A stretch of DNA of 64,000 nt from Camelus dromedarius (Eukaryota). The DNA lies in the NCBI RefSeq assembly GCF_036321535.1, contig NC_087436.1, positions 87,980,001 to 88,044,000 of the forward strand. The letters run 5' to 3'. A model generated the notes under the pieces. It saw only the letters and a program-made list of their open reading frames with translations. It searched no databases and was not told the DNA's origin. Of this stretch, positions 37,854 to 50,583 are shown in pieces (position 1 is the stretch's first letter; every line of letters starts with the position of its first letter). A program made the position numbers and the translations under genes.

Positions 37854-40800
37854 AATTCTACCCTGAATTCTGTATTCCTAGTCTTATTTCTTTCTCCTCT
37901 GCCAATGCAAATTCTCAATTTCCTTTATTTCTTTCAAGGAACAATTCAAGTCCTTTTCCATGAAGCTTTTTAAAGTCATGTTTAATTTTAGTTAGTAGTT
38001 AAAATTCAGAAATCCAAGAAAAAGTGAGAAATGTCAACTAAAACTGGAAATTTGGAATTTGCTTGTTAAAATACATTATTCTTTAACAAAAACTTATTTG
38101 TAAACATTTTTCTCTTGAAAATCAGAAGTTATGTTAATTTGGGTAAAATTTTAGATTTTTTTCCAGATTTAATTAAAAACCTCAGAGAAATAGGAATTTT
38201 GGGTAAAGCTTATGGAAAGAGACTTGTGTTATAATTTTCAGGGTGTCGTGAGAATGATGTATTTTATTGCATCATATGGCATCGTATAACATTACATAAA
38301 CGGTAGAAGGATTGACCTTACTGTTCTTGTTTATAAAAGGTTTTATTGTGGTTGAAAATTGGGAGTCTTTTACATAGACTCTTTTTTCATCTTCTTCCCA
38401 CTTCAGTTAAACTGTAATCGTTTATTGAAAACTAATGTATATAGGAAAAATCTTCAATATAATTGAATTTTTTTTTTTTTTTGGAGAAAACTATTCCTTC
38501 AAGGCAAAAGCAAAGAAGACTGAGCCAAGAACTAATAGACTTTAGAGTACTAAAAATCATGGTTGAGTTATGGAAGTTTTACATTGTTATTGTTATTTTT
38601 CTTTTATACTGGGCCCATATTTTGCTCATTTCTTTGCTCAGTAATACTGTCATTAAGCAAATAGGAAAAAAAGGTATTATTGAGACAAAGTAATTTAATT
38701 TATGAGCTTTAATTTTAAGTGAATTGTTTTTATGCTTTTTGTGCACAAAACTAACATGAAAAGTACTTGTTTTGTGACACATATTAATATATATACAGGT
38801 ATATACATATAAGATACATATATATTTTAACATTTTTATGTATATGAATTTTCAAATAATATACAATAGCATTGATTTTACATTTAATAGAGTGTGAAAA
38901 ACATACATTTAAAGGACAGAAACCTTTACACTTGTGCTTATTTTGCATATTATTAGTTGAATTTAATCTTTATTTAGTGTCTTATTATTTTTGTGAAAGC
39001 CAGCTTGCTAGACACTGTAAGAGATGTAACAATGAATTTCTTGCTTCCTAGGGACTCATAATCTTAGAACTAACTCTTGGATCCACAGAATTTTAGAACA
39101 GGAGGAGACTGAAGAGGTCCTCCTCTGTTAGGGGGTATGCGTGTGTGTTTAAGCAGCAGTGCTTTGATTCCTACCCACTTCAGTGTCTCCTGTCCCCTGC
39201 TCCCCATCCTCCCAGACATGTTATAATGTCATTTTCTATGCAGGGGAGAGAGGAATTCATCTCATTTGTTTGGTAAGCAGGAGGAAATCGAGGCCATTTT
39301 TTCCCCCAGGCCAATTTCTTAGTTCAGGTATTTAAAACTTATGAAGTCAAGAAATCATGTTAGTGGATAGTGACTAGAATATAACACTTTTTAAAAATAG
39401 GTTGGAAACTATCAAAGTGTACTGAAGATTATTTCAAATGTATCATGTGGGTGTAGATATACCAGGTTGTTACATAAGTTGTATTATAAGTTCATTTCTA
39501 TAAAATGCATTTTTTTTAGTGCAGTGACCAGAGTTTAGAAAACATGTCTCCAATCTTTCCATTTCCTCCTTGCTTTAAACCTGGGGAACAGCCATTAATC
39601 CCTTTATCTCTAGATATATTACTTATTCTTTTTGTTATGCTCTCTTGTCATCATGACCTGACTCCAAGGTAAAGTGTTTTCTACAGTTAGAAATATACAT
39701 GGGTGATATTTTCTCACAGTACATAAAGATGTGCAGCGAGGTAGAATTTCCGTTACACTGTTCTTGCTTGCATGCCTCTGGGTACAAATAAACACTTTGG
39801 TGGAGCTAACTGTTAATCTGTAAGTATTGTTTATGATGTGCCTAACTTGGTACCAAGATGTGATTTAAGCACCAAGAAAATTTGGATTATTTAATACTAG
39901 TGCATAACAAAACTACTTATCAAATATTCATGTGGGCACATACAGAGGCATAATTGTCTTCTTGTAATGCACAATATAAATACTAATATTGTTTTGGAGA
40001 ATCAGCATGGTATGCTGAAGCCATGGTTTGGAGAAAGGCATTGTAGTATGTTTTTATCTGTGGGAATTACTGGCAAGTGTAACTGAGAGATTATAAATAC
40101 TGTAGTTGTTTTGAATTTGGCTTAAATAGTTTTGGTCTTTTTTTTTATAACCATTGAATTATTATGGTAGAAGTTTAATAATTATTTTGTGGATTTTAAT
40201 AATTGTATCTTTTAAAGATTTATTTTAAGAATTTTCCCCCCACTAAAGAATTTAACATTTATATTTAATATTTAAATATTTATAGAGAAATACATTCATA
40301 TGAACATATGTATAGATTACATTTATATTATACATTTATATAAATATTAAGTATTTAAATTCAGTACTTAAATATTTGACAATAAATATTTAAACAGAAT
40401 AGTAGAATGAATGTTCATGTACTCATTCCTCAGCTTCAACATTGATCAACTCTTTGTTATCTCTGCCCATTCCGTTCGCCAGTTCCCACTTATTTTGATA
40501 CAGTTCCTCTGTCATAACACATCATCTATAAATATTTCAGGATGTATTTCTGAAAGAGAAGGACTTCTATTTTTAGATATACAAAATAGAATCTTAAGAA
40601 TCTTTTTGAGGGATATAGCGAAGTTATGAATGGTCAGATTGTGTTTGGGATGTTAGAATGGTATAAGGGGAAAGTGAGCTCCTTTAAATAGAATAAATGG
40701 AAAAAGAGAAATACCTGATAAGCAGTTGCACCAAAAAACAATAGAAAAGTTCCAATGAAAAAGCCATTTAATAGCTTATAAGTACCCATGGAGAAAGGGG

Positions 40801-41259
40801 AGGAACTGGCATTATGGACAACTGAGTATGTGTCTACAGTCTGTACAGGTCAGTAGGGGAGTCAGGCCAAGTGCATTTCATACCATTTGAGATAGAAATT
40901 CTGTTTCTAGACGTTTTCTTGAGGGAAAAATCAAAGATGTGTACAGAGACCTCCAATCAACATATTCACTGCAATATTATTTAGAGTGAAGAACTGAGTC
41001 TAATGTTCAATAATAGTGATGATGAAATCTGCACGATATATTTCTAAAATACTGCAATGTTTTGTAACTGGTAGAAATGGTAAAACATGATACCAATTGT
41101 ATAAAATGTTGAATGCATATTAAAAGACCTGAAAGAAAACAACATTAATTAATAATGGTTATCTTTAGTTATTAGAATCATGAGTGATTTTTATTTCTTC
41201 ATTTCTTATTTTTTGAAAGTGTTGCAAATTTTGTCTATCAGCATATATGATATGAGTTA

Positions 41260-41420
41260 ATAAATAATAATAAACATTTGAGTACGTACTATGTGTCAAG
41301 CACTGTTCAAGCACTTTTCATCTTTTACACTTAATTCTCATAGTAGCCCTGAGAGGTTCTATTATCCTTATTTTACAGACGAGGAAATGGGCATAGAGAG
41401 ATTGAATACCTTAACAATTT
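41260..41420 (-). mobile_element. MIR fragment
   Basis: 'tactatgtgtcaagcactgttc...aattctcatagtagccctgagagg...attttacagacgaggaaa'. Confidence 0.8.
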
Positions 41421-42570
41421 GAGTCTATCCTTCTAAGTTTATTCTTTGCTTCGAAATGTAGTTTTATCTCAATAATTGGGAAGATACTATAAATATTGCT
41501 TTGTTTTTCTACTTTTACTTAAAAATATGGTGAATATTATGGCATATTAACAAAAAATATGATTTTTTAATTGAAGGGTAACATTTCATCTAATGAATAT
41601 ACCATGATTATTTTTCAACTGGTCCTTTGTTTTTGTTCTGTGCCTCCCTGCAGTATTCTGCTCATAGGAATAATGGTACAATGATATTTTTATAAATAAA
41701 TCTGTATGTGTGTTTCTGATGATTTTCTTAGAAAAAGCTCTTAGAAGGGGAATTACTGGTTCAGAGTGTAAACATTTGAAAGGCTTTTGATTCAGCTTAT
41801 GAGACTGCAGGTAACAAATGATCATTCTTCCTTAAACTTAGAGAAATTGTTTTGGTGCTATAAATTTGAGAGAAATAGGTCATCTAAACATCAGTGGGAA
41901 TTTGTGCTTTCATAGTTGCTCTTAGAAAAGTGAGGCTTCTCTAAACTTGCTGGAGACGATAAACTCAAAGGAAAAGAGAAAAGAGAAACTTTGGAGGTTA
42001 AATTGTGGCCATTTACTTGCTTTGTGACCTTGCACAGCTACTTCTTCATTTTTCTGATTAACTTAAAATTTGGATTAACCCCAAAACCTTTTTATCACAA
42101 ACTGTTTTATAGAAACATATAAAATATGCATATCAAATTTTCATGACTTTTCTTTGATGTTTGATCGTATAAGACCTTAGGATCATAATTAGGTAGAGCA
42201 ATTTCCAATGTATAATTTTTTTAAATTATAGGTATAAAAGACTTAAGACATTAATTAGAGACAGTAATAACCCTAAAAGTATTTTAGAAGTTGTATTTTT
42301 AAATAAAAAAGCTTTTAATAAGGGGTCACTTACACTTGTTTTGTGAAAAGCAAGAACAAAAATTTGGGGACAATTGATACTTCTGTTAAGGTTAGGGAGT
42401 TTCCCTAGGAAGCTACCGAAGAGGTTAGGATCAATATTTTTCTGGAAAGACCAAGATTAATAAAGGGTAATCTGATAGTCTAGAAATTTGTGAGAGGTAC
42501 AGATAGAATAAATAGAAAACATTCCGTTGAAATTTGAAGGCTTTAAGTATTTTAATGAAAAAAAAAATTA

Positions 42571-42891
42571 CAGTCAGCCCTTTGTATCTGAGGCTTCTTC
42601 ATCCATAGAGTCAACCAACCTCGGCTCGAAAATATTAATGAAAAAAATTCCAGAAAGTTCCAAAAGCAAAACTTGAATTTGCTGCTCACCATAGCATTAA
42701 CATTGTATTTACAACTATTATGTAACATTTGCATTGTATTAGGTATTATAAGTAATCTAGAGAGGATTTAAAGTGTGTGGGAAAATTTGTGAATCCTGTG
42801 CAATTTTGTATGAGGGACTTGAGCACCAGATGATTTTGGTTTCCACAAGGGGTCCTAGAACCAAGACCCCCTAGTTACTGAGAGATGACTG
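42571..42891. mobile_element. Tigger3a-like Tc1/mariner non-autonomous element
   Basis: Terminal inverted repeats cagtca...tgactg, TA duplication at 42569-42570 and 42892-42893, internal 'aaaaaattccagaaagttccaaaagcaaaacttgaatttgc'. Confidence 0.88.
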
Positions 42892-45800
42892 TACTGCATC
42901 CTTATACCATGAATAGTAAGATTATGAAACTGTCAACTATCAACGGTAGTAATAGAAAATAAGCACAAGGAGGATTTTTATCAGGGGTTCTTAATCTGTA
43001 GTTAATGATTGGGTTGTGAAGGTTCATAACCCTGTAAAATTAGGTATATGTGCATGTTGGAAGGAGAGCCTTCCAACACTTTTTTTAGATTCTCGAAGGA
43101 ATGGCTCCAAAAAACTCCAGCTCCTACTAGAATGTAAGCTCCACGAGGCTAGGGATTTTTTTGTCTTTTCTCGTCACTCCTCTGTCCCTGGCTCTTGGTA
43201 CATAGTTCTGCTCAGTAAATATTTGTTGAAAGTATGGTTTTTGTAAATTTATGTATGGCAGGGTTAACAGTACTGGATTTTTAGAAGTTAGGGATGGGAG
43301 TACATTCCAGATTTCGTGAGATTGTTGTCTTACTGAGCTGTTTCTACATTTGACCAAAATGTTTCTCTTGTTAAGTCTAGATGAATACATAGAGCATTTC
43401 TATGATAATTTTGGGGTTGAATTCCTTTTTTTTTTCTTCTGTGCCAGTAGAAATGCTGTAGAATGGGTTAGAAATGCTGTAGAAATGTAATAGGAAAATG
43501 ATTCTAAACAATGCATATTCATTCATCAGTCTATTAGAAAATGTGCTTTGGTGCTATTTTCATTTGATTCAATGAATGAAAGTGTTATAGAAAACTTTCC
43601 TGAAATTTGTGAATGGAAAATTTTGCTAATTGTTTTCATTAGACCAAATAGTAGTATGGCAGCAACTGCTATTGTGGCTAAAAATGTAAAATCAACAAAA
43701 TGTTCATAAATTTACCTGCAGAGAACATTGCATTATCAGCAGGAGGTTTAGGTTTTTGCAATGAAGTCCAGTTATTCTAGCTCAGTACCATTACACAGCA
43801 TTTTTAGCAGGTGATATAGTGTAATCTGTGATTACGTTAGTCAGCATAAGTTTCCATACTCCTTAAAGTTAAAATTTGGTAGAAGGTTAAAAAGAATGAC
43901 AGAAAATTAAAATGCAGGTCTGTTTTAAAAATTGTAAAAATTTCATTTCTAAAATAAGAGAAAAAGTGAATTTCTAAAAATTGAACTGTGATAGAACCAG
44001 TGTTTATTTTATATATTTTTTCTTTCTTAAAGGGATGACTGTAAATTCTTCATTTTAATGTTTTTTGCCAGCCAGACAGAAAAGATATTTGAATAATTAT
44101 TTGCTGCCAAGTAGATTTTTCTCATTTTACATAATCTTTGGTAGATTAACAAGTTACTGCATTGTGTATTTTCCACACTTATTTTGCCACTACAGATAGG
44201 AGCTATGGTTATTCTAATTTATTTGAAAGCCATTGCATCCTTACTCTAAAAGGCTGTCAGAACATTTGCATCATTTTTGTCTTTTGAATCATTTTAAGAG
44301 GCCTTGCAATATTCCCAGAATGATTGTAATATAAGGGCAGAAATTTTCCCTTACAGATTTCATATCTTACAATGTGGTTTCTTTAAAGTATGATTGAATC
44401 TTTAGGTCACAGCACATTCCAGTATAAGTACAAAATACATTTTGAAGTGAAATTCAGAGTTGCAAGTTGGAATCTTTGAAGTAATTCAGCCTAATCCTTT
44501 ACCCAGTGGGGTAACCCTTCCTATAGCATTTCTAACAATCTTTGCCTATAAACTCAGTGAGCAGGAACTCCATTTCTTTATGAAGCACCTTTTAAATTAA
44601 TTACATAATGAGTAAGTTATTCTTTTTTTAATTATGTTGAATTTAAATCTACCTTGTGCTAGGCACCCTAACTTCCTTGTCCTCTTTTTCGAATTATGAA
44701 GTATTCCAAGTCTAGAGGTATTGAGAATACTTACAGTGATCATCACTGAGATTCATTTATTCTTAATGTTTGCCCTATTTGCTCAAGATTATTGTTTTCT
44801 GAATCAGTGTATATCAGACACTTATATGTCAGGTATCTTACTATAATTAAGATACATTAAATTTGTGGCATTTCTGTTCTTTATTATTCGAGTAATTCTA
44901 TTCAGAAAGGAAATGAGGTTAATATGTTATCTGAGCAACCATTCAACTTTCTCTTTTACTTTCTAAACTGAAATGAAGCAAGGTTGTCCCTGAAGGACCT
45001 CATTTGATCTGAGAATCCTCTCAAGTACCATAGCAGGGCCACTGTTCTCTTTGTTTATTACACATAGAAGCTTCCACATCATTAGTCTTGCTGCAGGTTT
45101 AAAGCCTCGGCCCTTTACAGCTTGTGCTATTTTACTACTTACAGTCTTCTCTTCAGTGTTGTCAAATGCCAACTGACCTCCTCAAGTCACTGGTTTTTAT
45201 GACCTTTTTCTTTTAAAGTAAGAAACAACAGCCATGGTCATCTGTATACCATGGCCATCTCAAAAGCAGTAGTATAAAAGTAGTAATAAAGATTACTCTT
45301 CTTGGAGAGAAAATATTCTCAAGTTAATCAAATGAAATGAAAATAAAAATGAGTTCCACGTTAGATAATATGTACGGAGACAAGACGAAAATGTAGTGGA
45401 TGTGCAGGGAAAAAAACCCAAACCACACCTAAACGAAACAAAACAAAAAGCAAAAAAACTCATCCCTGATTATAACCTGTAAAGAAAGCCAGAGAAGTAT
45501 ATACCAAATATTTTCCAGGGTAACTAAAGACATATGTTTGTTTATTTTATCAAAAGAGAAAGTGGAAAATACAGAAGTTGTATCTCTACTGGAGAGGTAC
45601 TGAAAATTCTGGACAAACATTGGGAAGTCTTAAAATGCCACAGTGCTCTGACAGCATGGTCACAGGAAAAGAAAACACATATGAAAAGCATGGCATTGGC
45701 TCTTGCTGTGTCTGAACAGAAAAAATATTTAAAAATGAAGCAAAACAAAAGACCTAGACATGGTGGTACAAATCAATCCTAGATGAAATTTTTGCAGTAT

Positions 45801-46769
45801 TTCTAAAACTGCTTTGTCCTCCAGGAGTACTTGGTTTGTGATCTGTCCTAGAAGACAAAGTGAAAAACAGTTTAAGTTTCATTAAATATAGACCAGTAAA
45901 TGACTGTGTCCTGCCCACTATCTACAAGAAATGGTAGGTCATTTGTCACATAAGCCTTAGACTCATTGAGGGAGGAATGATTCCACGAACCTGAGATAAA
46001 GTATCAAAAATTGTGGCAGAATTGTAGATATCATGTTGTTAATAGATTCAGAAATATTTAGTGGGGCAGTCAAAAATTCCGTTAAGTCTGAATGATATTG
46101 ATTACGAACAGGTGCTTCTGAATTCGTATTTTGTTCATATTTACCAGTTTTGGGGCTTTAAGATTTGATTTCAGTCATGATTTTGTTGATTATGCCTATG
46201 AATAAATGAAATATTGTATTTTTCTAACTTGGCTAAAGGAATTTCAAATTAAGAAGTTTAAGTACAAAATTAATATTTCAGATAGTAGTTCTTTCTGTTG
46301 GATTGGGGATTAAATTCATTAAACAGAAAAAATAGTAAGAAACTAGTTATAATTTACAATGTAGTTGATTAGAATTTCAATTACAAATTAAAAATGTGAC
46401 TATTTAACTGTTGAAAAATGTGCAGACCTTTCGTAGTAATAAAAACACGAATGTGCCTGATTACATGTGAGGCCTTATATATGGGAAAAGAAAGGATAAT
46501 GACCCTATGGTCATTTGTTTCATTCTTAGTAGCCATCCAATTATTACATATAAGGTATAGTAATTCACAGTCCATGACCCCCTCAAAAGTGTTATCATAG
46601 GTTTTTGAAAAATATGCATCCTAAACATTGTCCGTAGATGGGATAAATGTTAGGCCTAGTGGATACATGAACTGCTTTGCAAATCTGATTATTTTAGTGA
46701 ATAAAATACAAATGGATTCAATATATTATTGAACAGTTAAGGTATTGATGAATTCATTCAATCATTGGC

Positions 46770-47240
46770 TAGTAAAAGCATTGCTTGTCACTGCAGAGAG
46801 AAGAGAGGAAGGGAAAAAGCTATCAATTAAAAGGGATTTAGGAGACAAACAACAATTGCCTGTATGGATTTTGTTTAGATCTGGATTAGAACAAACTGAT
46901 CTAAAAAAAACACTTAAGAAACAGTTGGGGAAATTGGAGCACTGATTGGTAGTTGATGTTATGAAGAAATTATTATGAATTTATTGTAGATATTATAATT
47001 ATATTGCCTTATGTTTAAAAAAGAAATTTTTGTCTTAGATACATGCAGAATTATCTATAGGTGAAGTGACTTAATGCCTGGAATTTGCCTCAGAATAAGC
47101 CAGAGTGGTGGGACAGGGGCTGGGGGTGGGTGGAGATAAGAATGCAACATGATTTGTTGTGAGTTAATAATGGTGGATTCATTATACTAGTCTCAATAAT
47201 TCTGCATTAGTTTGAAATTGTTCATAATAAAAACTTAGGA
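46770..47240 (+). mobile_element. Old L1ME-like 3' fragment
   Basis: 'attaaaagggatttaggagaca', 'gatctggattagaacaaac', 'gtttgaaattgttcataataaaaa'. Confidence 0.65.
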
Positions 47241-47395
47241 AAAATGTAATGCAACATTAATTGAAAAAGGATAACTAGCGCCACGTGACACTGCAATATA
47301 ATATATTCAGAAGTAAAGGTGGATATGAGTCACACACAGATGTGCTTATTAAAAACATATCTAATGTGTCAATCTCATATTTTGTTTTTCTTCAG

Positions 47396-47529
47396 AGCTG
47401 AAGTCATTTATTTGAATCTCGGATGATTAACACCTAAATGCTTAATTCTCAAAACTACTCAAGAGTCCCAATAGCCAGGATTAGATGAAACAACTTACCA
47501 CCAAGAAATTATTCTCTTGAAATTCTACG
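47396..47529 (+). other. Candidate non-coding internal exon (134 nt)
   Basis: CTAAT at 47361, acceptor ttttgtttttcttcag (AG 47394-47395), donor ACG|GTAAGA at 47530; stops in all three frames. Confidence 0.45.
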
Positions 47530-48269
47530 GTAAGATTAAAATAAATATTCTAATGGCTAAATAGTGACTGTGAGGACTAAAAAAGATTTTTAAATTCTGT
47601 CTTTGAGTGACCAGCCTCTGTTACAATTTCTTAATCCTATTTATACCGGGAGTTCAAGGTTGTAATAATCAACCAAAGATCTTAGAATCAGCATGCAAAC
47701 AAGGCTTTATGGCATTTCCCCATCATCGATTCAGCTAGTAATGGATAGCTTTGTCACTGGAATGTCATGCTTTCCCCTTTGCTGTATGTCGCGGGGTGAG
47801 TCCTCCACAAGTAGATGCTGTAAAGGAGTTTGGCTTCCAGGATGTTTATTAGAGATCAACACCCATATAAAGAGGGTTATTAGAGGAAATGAAGTGTAAT
47901 GTAGGGTCAGCAATGCCTTGGCCAACCAAGACGGGGGTCTTGTGGTTGAGATTTTTTCCCCTTCATAAATAGTAAGTTTCTTGAGGGTAGGCGTATATCT
48001 TTACTGCTTTTGTATCGTGCACAGGCCATGAAAGAAGCTGCTCAGTGAGTATTTGTTGAATGAAGGAAATCTGAGAAAAATCTTGTGGTCTCTCCCACAG
48101 CATCTAATCCCCGCCCTTCCTTTCCCCAGTTGAAAGTGCAGTTTAGAACAGTGAGGTTAGCAGTGACACAGGTGGTAGGACTGTGCTTCTGGGCTCCACA
48201 GATAAGGAAGACCTGCAGGGGGACCTGAGGAAGGCCACACACACACAAGTTTTAAAGAACACGAGATCT

Positions 48270-48710
48270 TATCCATAAAGAGGAAACAAAGGGAAAAAAC
48301 AACATAGACCTAGAGGGTAGTATACTAAGTGAAGTAAGTCAGAGAAAGACAAATACCGTATGATTTCACTTATATGTGGAATTTAAAAAACAAAACAAAG
48401 AAACACACATACAGGAACAGACTCATAGATACAGGGAACAAACGGGTGCTTGTCAGAGGGCGGGGAATGGGGGTGTGGGTAAGATAGGTGAGGGAGATTA
48501 AGAAGTACAGACTTTCAGTTATGAAATAAATAAGTTATGAGGTTGTGATGTACAGCATAGAGAATATACTCAATAATATCGTAACAACTTTGTATGGTAA
48601 CTAGACTCATCATGGTGATCTTTTCATAATGTATAAAAACTGACTCACTATGTTGTACACCTGAAACTAATATAATGTTGTAAGTCAGTTATACTTCAAT
48701 TTTTAAAAAA
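48270..48710 (+). mobile_element. L1 3' end (laurasiatherian L1MA-like)
   Basis: 'tactaagtgaagtaagtcagagaaagacaaataccgtatgatttcacttatatgtggaat', ends 'gttatacttcaatttttaaaaaa'. Confidence 0.88.
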
Positions 48711-49468
48711 TGAATGAATGAAGTTAAGATGGAAAAAACAGAAACCAAAAACCCTGGAAGACACAGTGATAACTTCTAGGCTATTAAGGGATATAGATTA
48801 TGGTTCTAGCCTGTTGTTTTTTCTGTGTGTAGAGAATAGGTTGTTCAGATATGAATTTTTATCCTTTTATGCTCCAGGGTTAAGAGAGAATCTAGCTTCT
48901 GAGAAGGATTTTTTAAAAGTCAATTTTTTTTTTTTTCCCTAATTGGTACAGACTTGCTTTAGGGCAAAAAATGTAAGTCCTTTACCTGACTTCCTTGTTT
49001 TTTCCCCTTTTTACTGTAGGACTCCCTCAGACAGAATTTGCATTAATAAATCCTCTAAATTTTCTCTGAACCTTCATACCATATTAATGCTTTCCATGTA
49101 GAGGACCATCACGTTAACATCTTTTAAATGAGTGAAATAAAGAATAATTGACTTCTTTATTAATGTGGCAGAAGAATAAGGATTAAAAACTCAGCAATTC
49201 AGACCAGAATTTACTTGTTTTTACATTACAACAGTTTCCCCTGATGTCTGTATAGACAATTAGGTGCGTCATCTTTTAAAATATGTAAATCACTTTCTTT
49301 GAGTATTGGAAGAATGAGATTATGTTTGTGTTTCACTAAGTGAATCGGATTTTTTAAATCATTAAAATGTATATCCGTCAAAGTTATCAGTTTGATTACT
49401 TAGGAAAATTGATGCCTTATCCATTCCTTTATTTTGTTTTTTCCATGTCTGTCTTGGTCACTTTGTAC

Positions 49469-49485
49469 CCCCACCAGAGGGCAGG
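49469..49485 (+). promoter_or_regulatory. Candidate CTCF motif
   Basis: CCACCAGAGGGCAG at 49471-49484 is a full match to the core CCASYAGRKGGC, in non-repetitive DNA. Motif match only. Confidence 0.5.
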
Positions 49486-50381
49486 CAAAGGAAAGGAGAG
49501 AAGATATTAATTTCAGCTCATAAAGTGTTATGTGGGCATCTTTGACTGGCCTATTTTGTCATGCTTCTGGGTTATATTAAGGCAGTAGGATCAGCTACTT
49601 TTGCTACTTTAAAATATTTAATAGAATATTCAGTTATTTGGAAATAAACTATGTAAGGCTAATTACTGGGTTTTCTGAATTAAATATTTACACTTTAAAT
49701 TCTTCAACTTTTTTTTTAGATTAATTTATTTTAAATTACCAGTTTTAGGGGGGTAATTCATGCCAAGGTTTCTATTGCTACTGTTAATACTTACGATTGA
49801 TTATAATGAGTTTTTGTGTGTGTGTGTGTCTAAAAGTACATTGAGCTGTTCATAATACAGAATATTTTAAATTATTCCATTTCATGTCTTATAAAACTTG
49901 ATCTTTCTGAGGTCTGTTACTGAGTTTTCAGATGATAGGAATTATCTTTTGAATACAAGTTACTATTTCATACTTAAGCTGTTAAGTGTATTTAAAAGTA
50001 AGACACACCTCCGACCAAAGTAAATTTGTTTTAGCATTATCACAGTGTAGGTTTTCAAAGTCTAAATGTGAAACTAGATGGATACATTTTATAGTCTCCA
50101 TATTGCTGTTAACACCCACTGTACATGTACATGTGTATGAATACGTGAAGTACACTTCCACCGTCTGTAGCTGTTTGGCTCGTTATCAGTATGAACAGCA
50201 AATGTCTTAAAAATCAGCTTCAAAACAGCTGGCAGTCAACCCATGATTAGCACCACCTAAATCTACATGACGTTTCTTTGCTCTTTGACACGAATAGTTG
50301 TACCTTACCTTCCCACCAAAGAAGTTGGTACAGGCACCTTCCTGTGCGCTCATGGGTCTAATAATGTAGAAGAACCTTAAA

Positions 50382-50583
50382 ATGGATTTTTTGAAGAGAG
50401 TTGTTCCTCCCGTTCTTTCGGGGGATGTGGTCTTGGACACTGGAGACAGCTTTCAGGAAAGGTTTCCAAGATTACTGAAGATGAAACGTCTTAGTTTGCT
50501 CTCATCAGAGAAGACTGTAGACCAGGAAGGCGGAATCAATTTCTATCACAGTCATTATGACAAACACCAACATCAACAACTAG
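50382..50583 (+). CDS. Candidate coding part of an alternative first exon (MDFLKRVVPPVLSGDVVLD...HQHQQL); product unidentified
   Basis: Strong Kozak context aaaATGG, 67 open codons plus 1 nt, then donor TAG|GTAAAG at 50584; non-repetitive island GC-richer than its flanks; no obvious acceptor directly upstream. Confidence 0.4.

Noticed and set aside
40255..40395. AT-rich quasi-palindromic stretch
   Set aside because: Low-complexity AT sequence, so apparent hairpins are uninformative.
43445..43490. Short tandem duplications (tagaaatgctgtagaa x2; similar ones near 12170 and 28760)
   Set aside because: Ordinary slippage duplications with two copies and no spacer array; nothing CRISPR-like.
47730..47801. 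Strong donor GGG|GTGAGT at 47796
   Set aside because: No convincing upstream acceptor or promoter; isolated donor matches are common.
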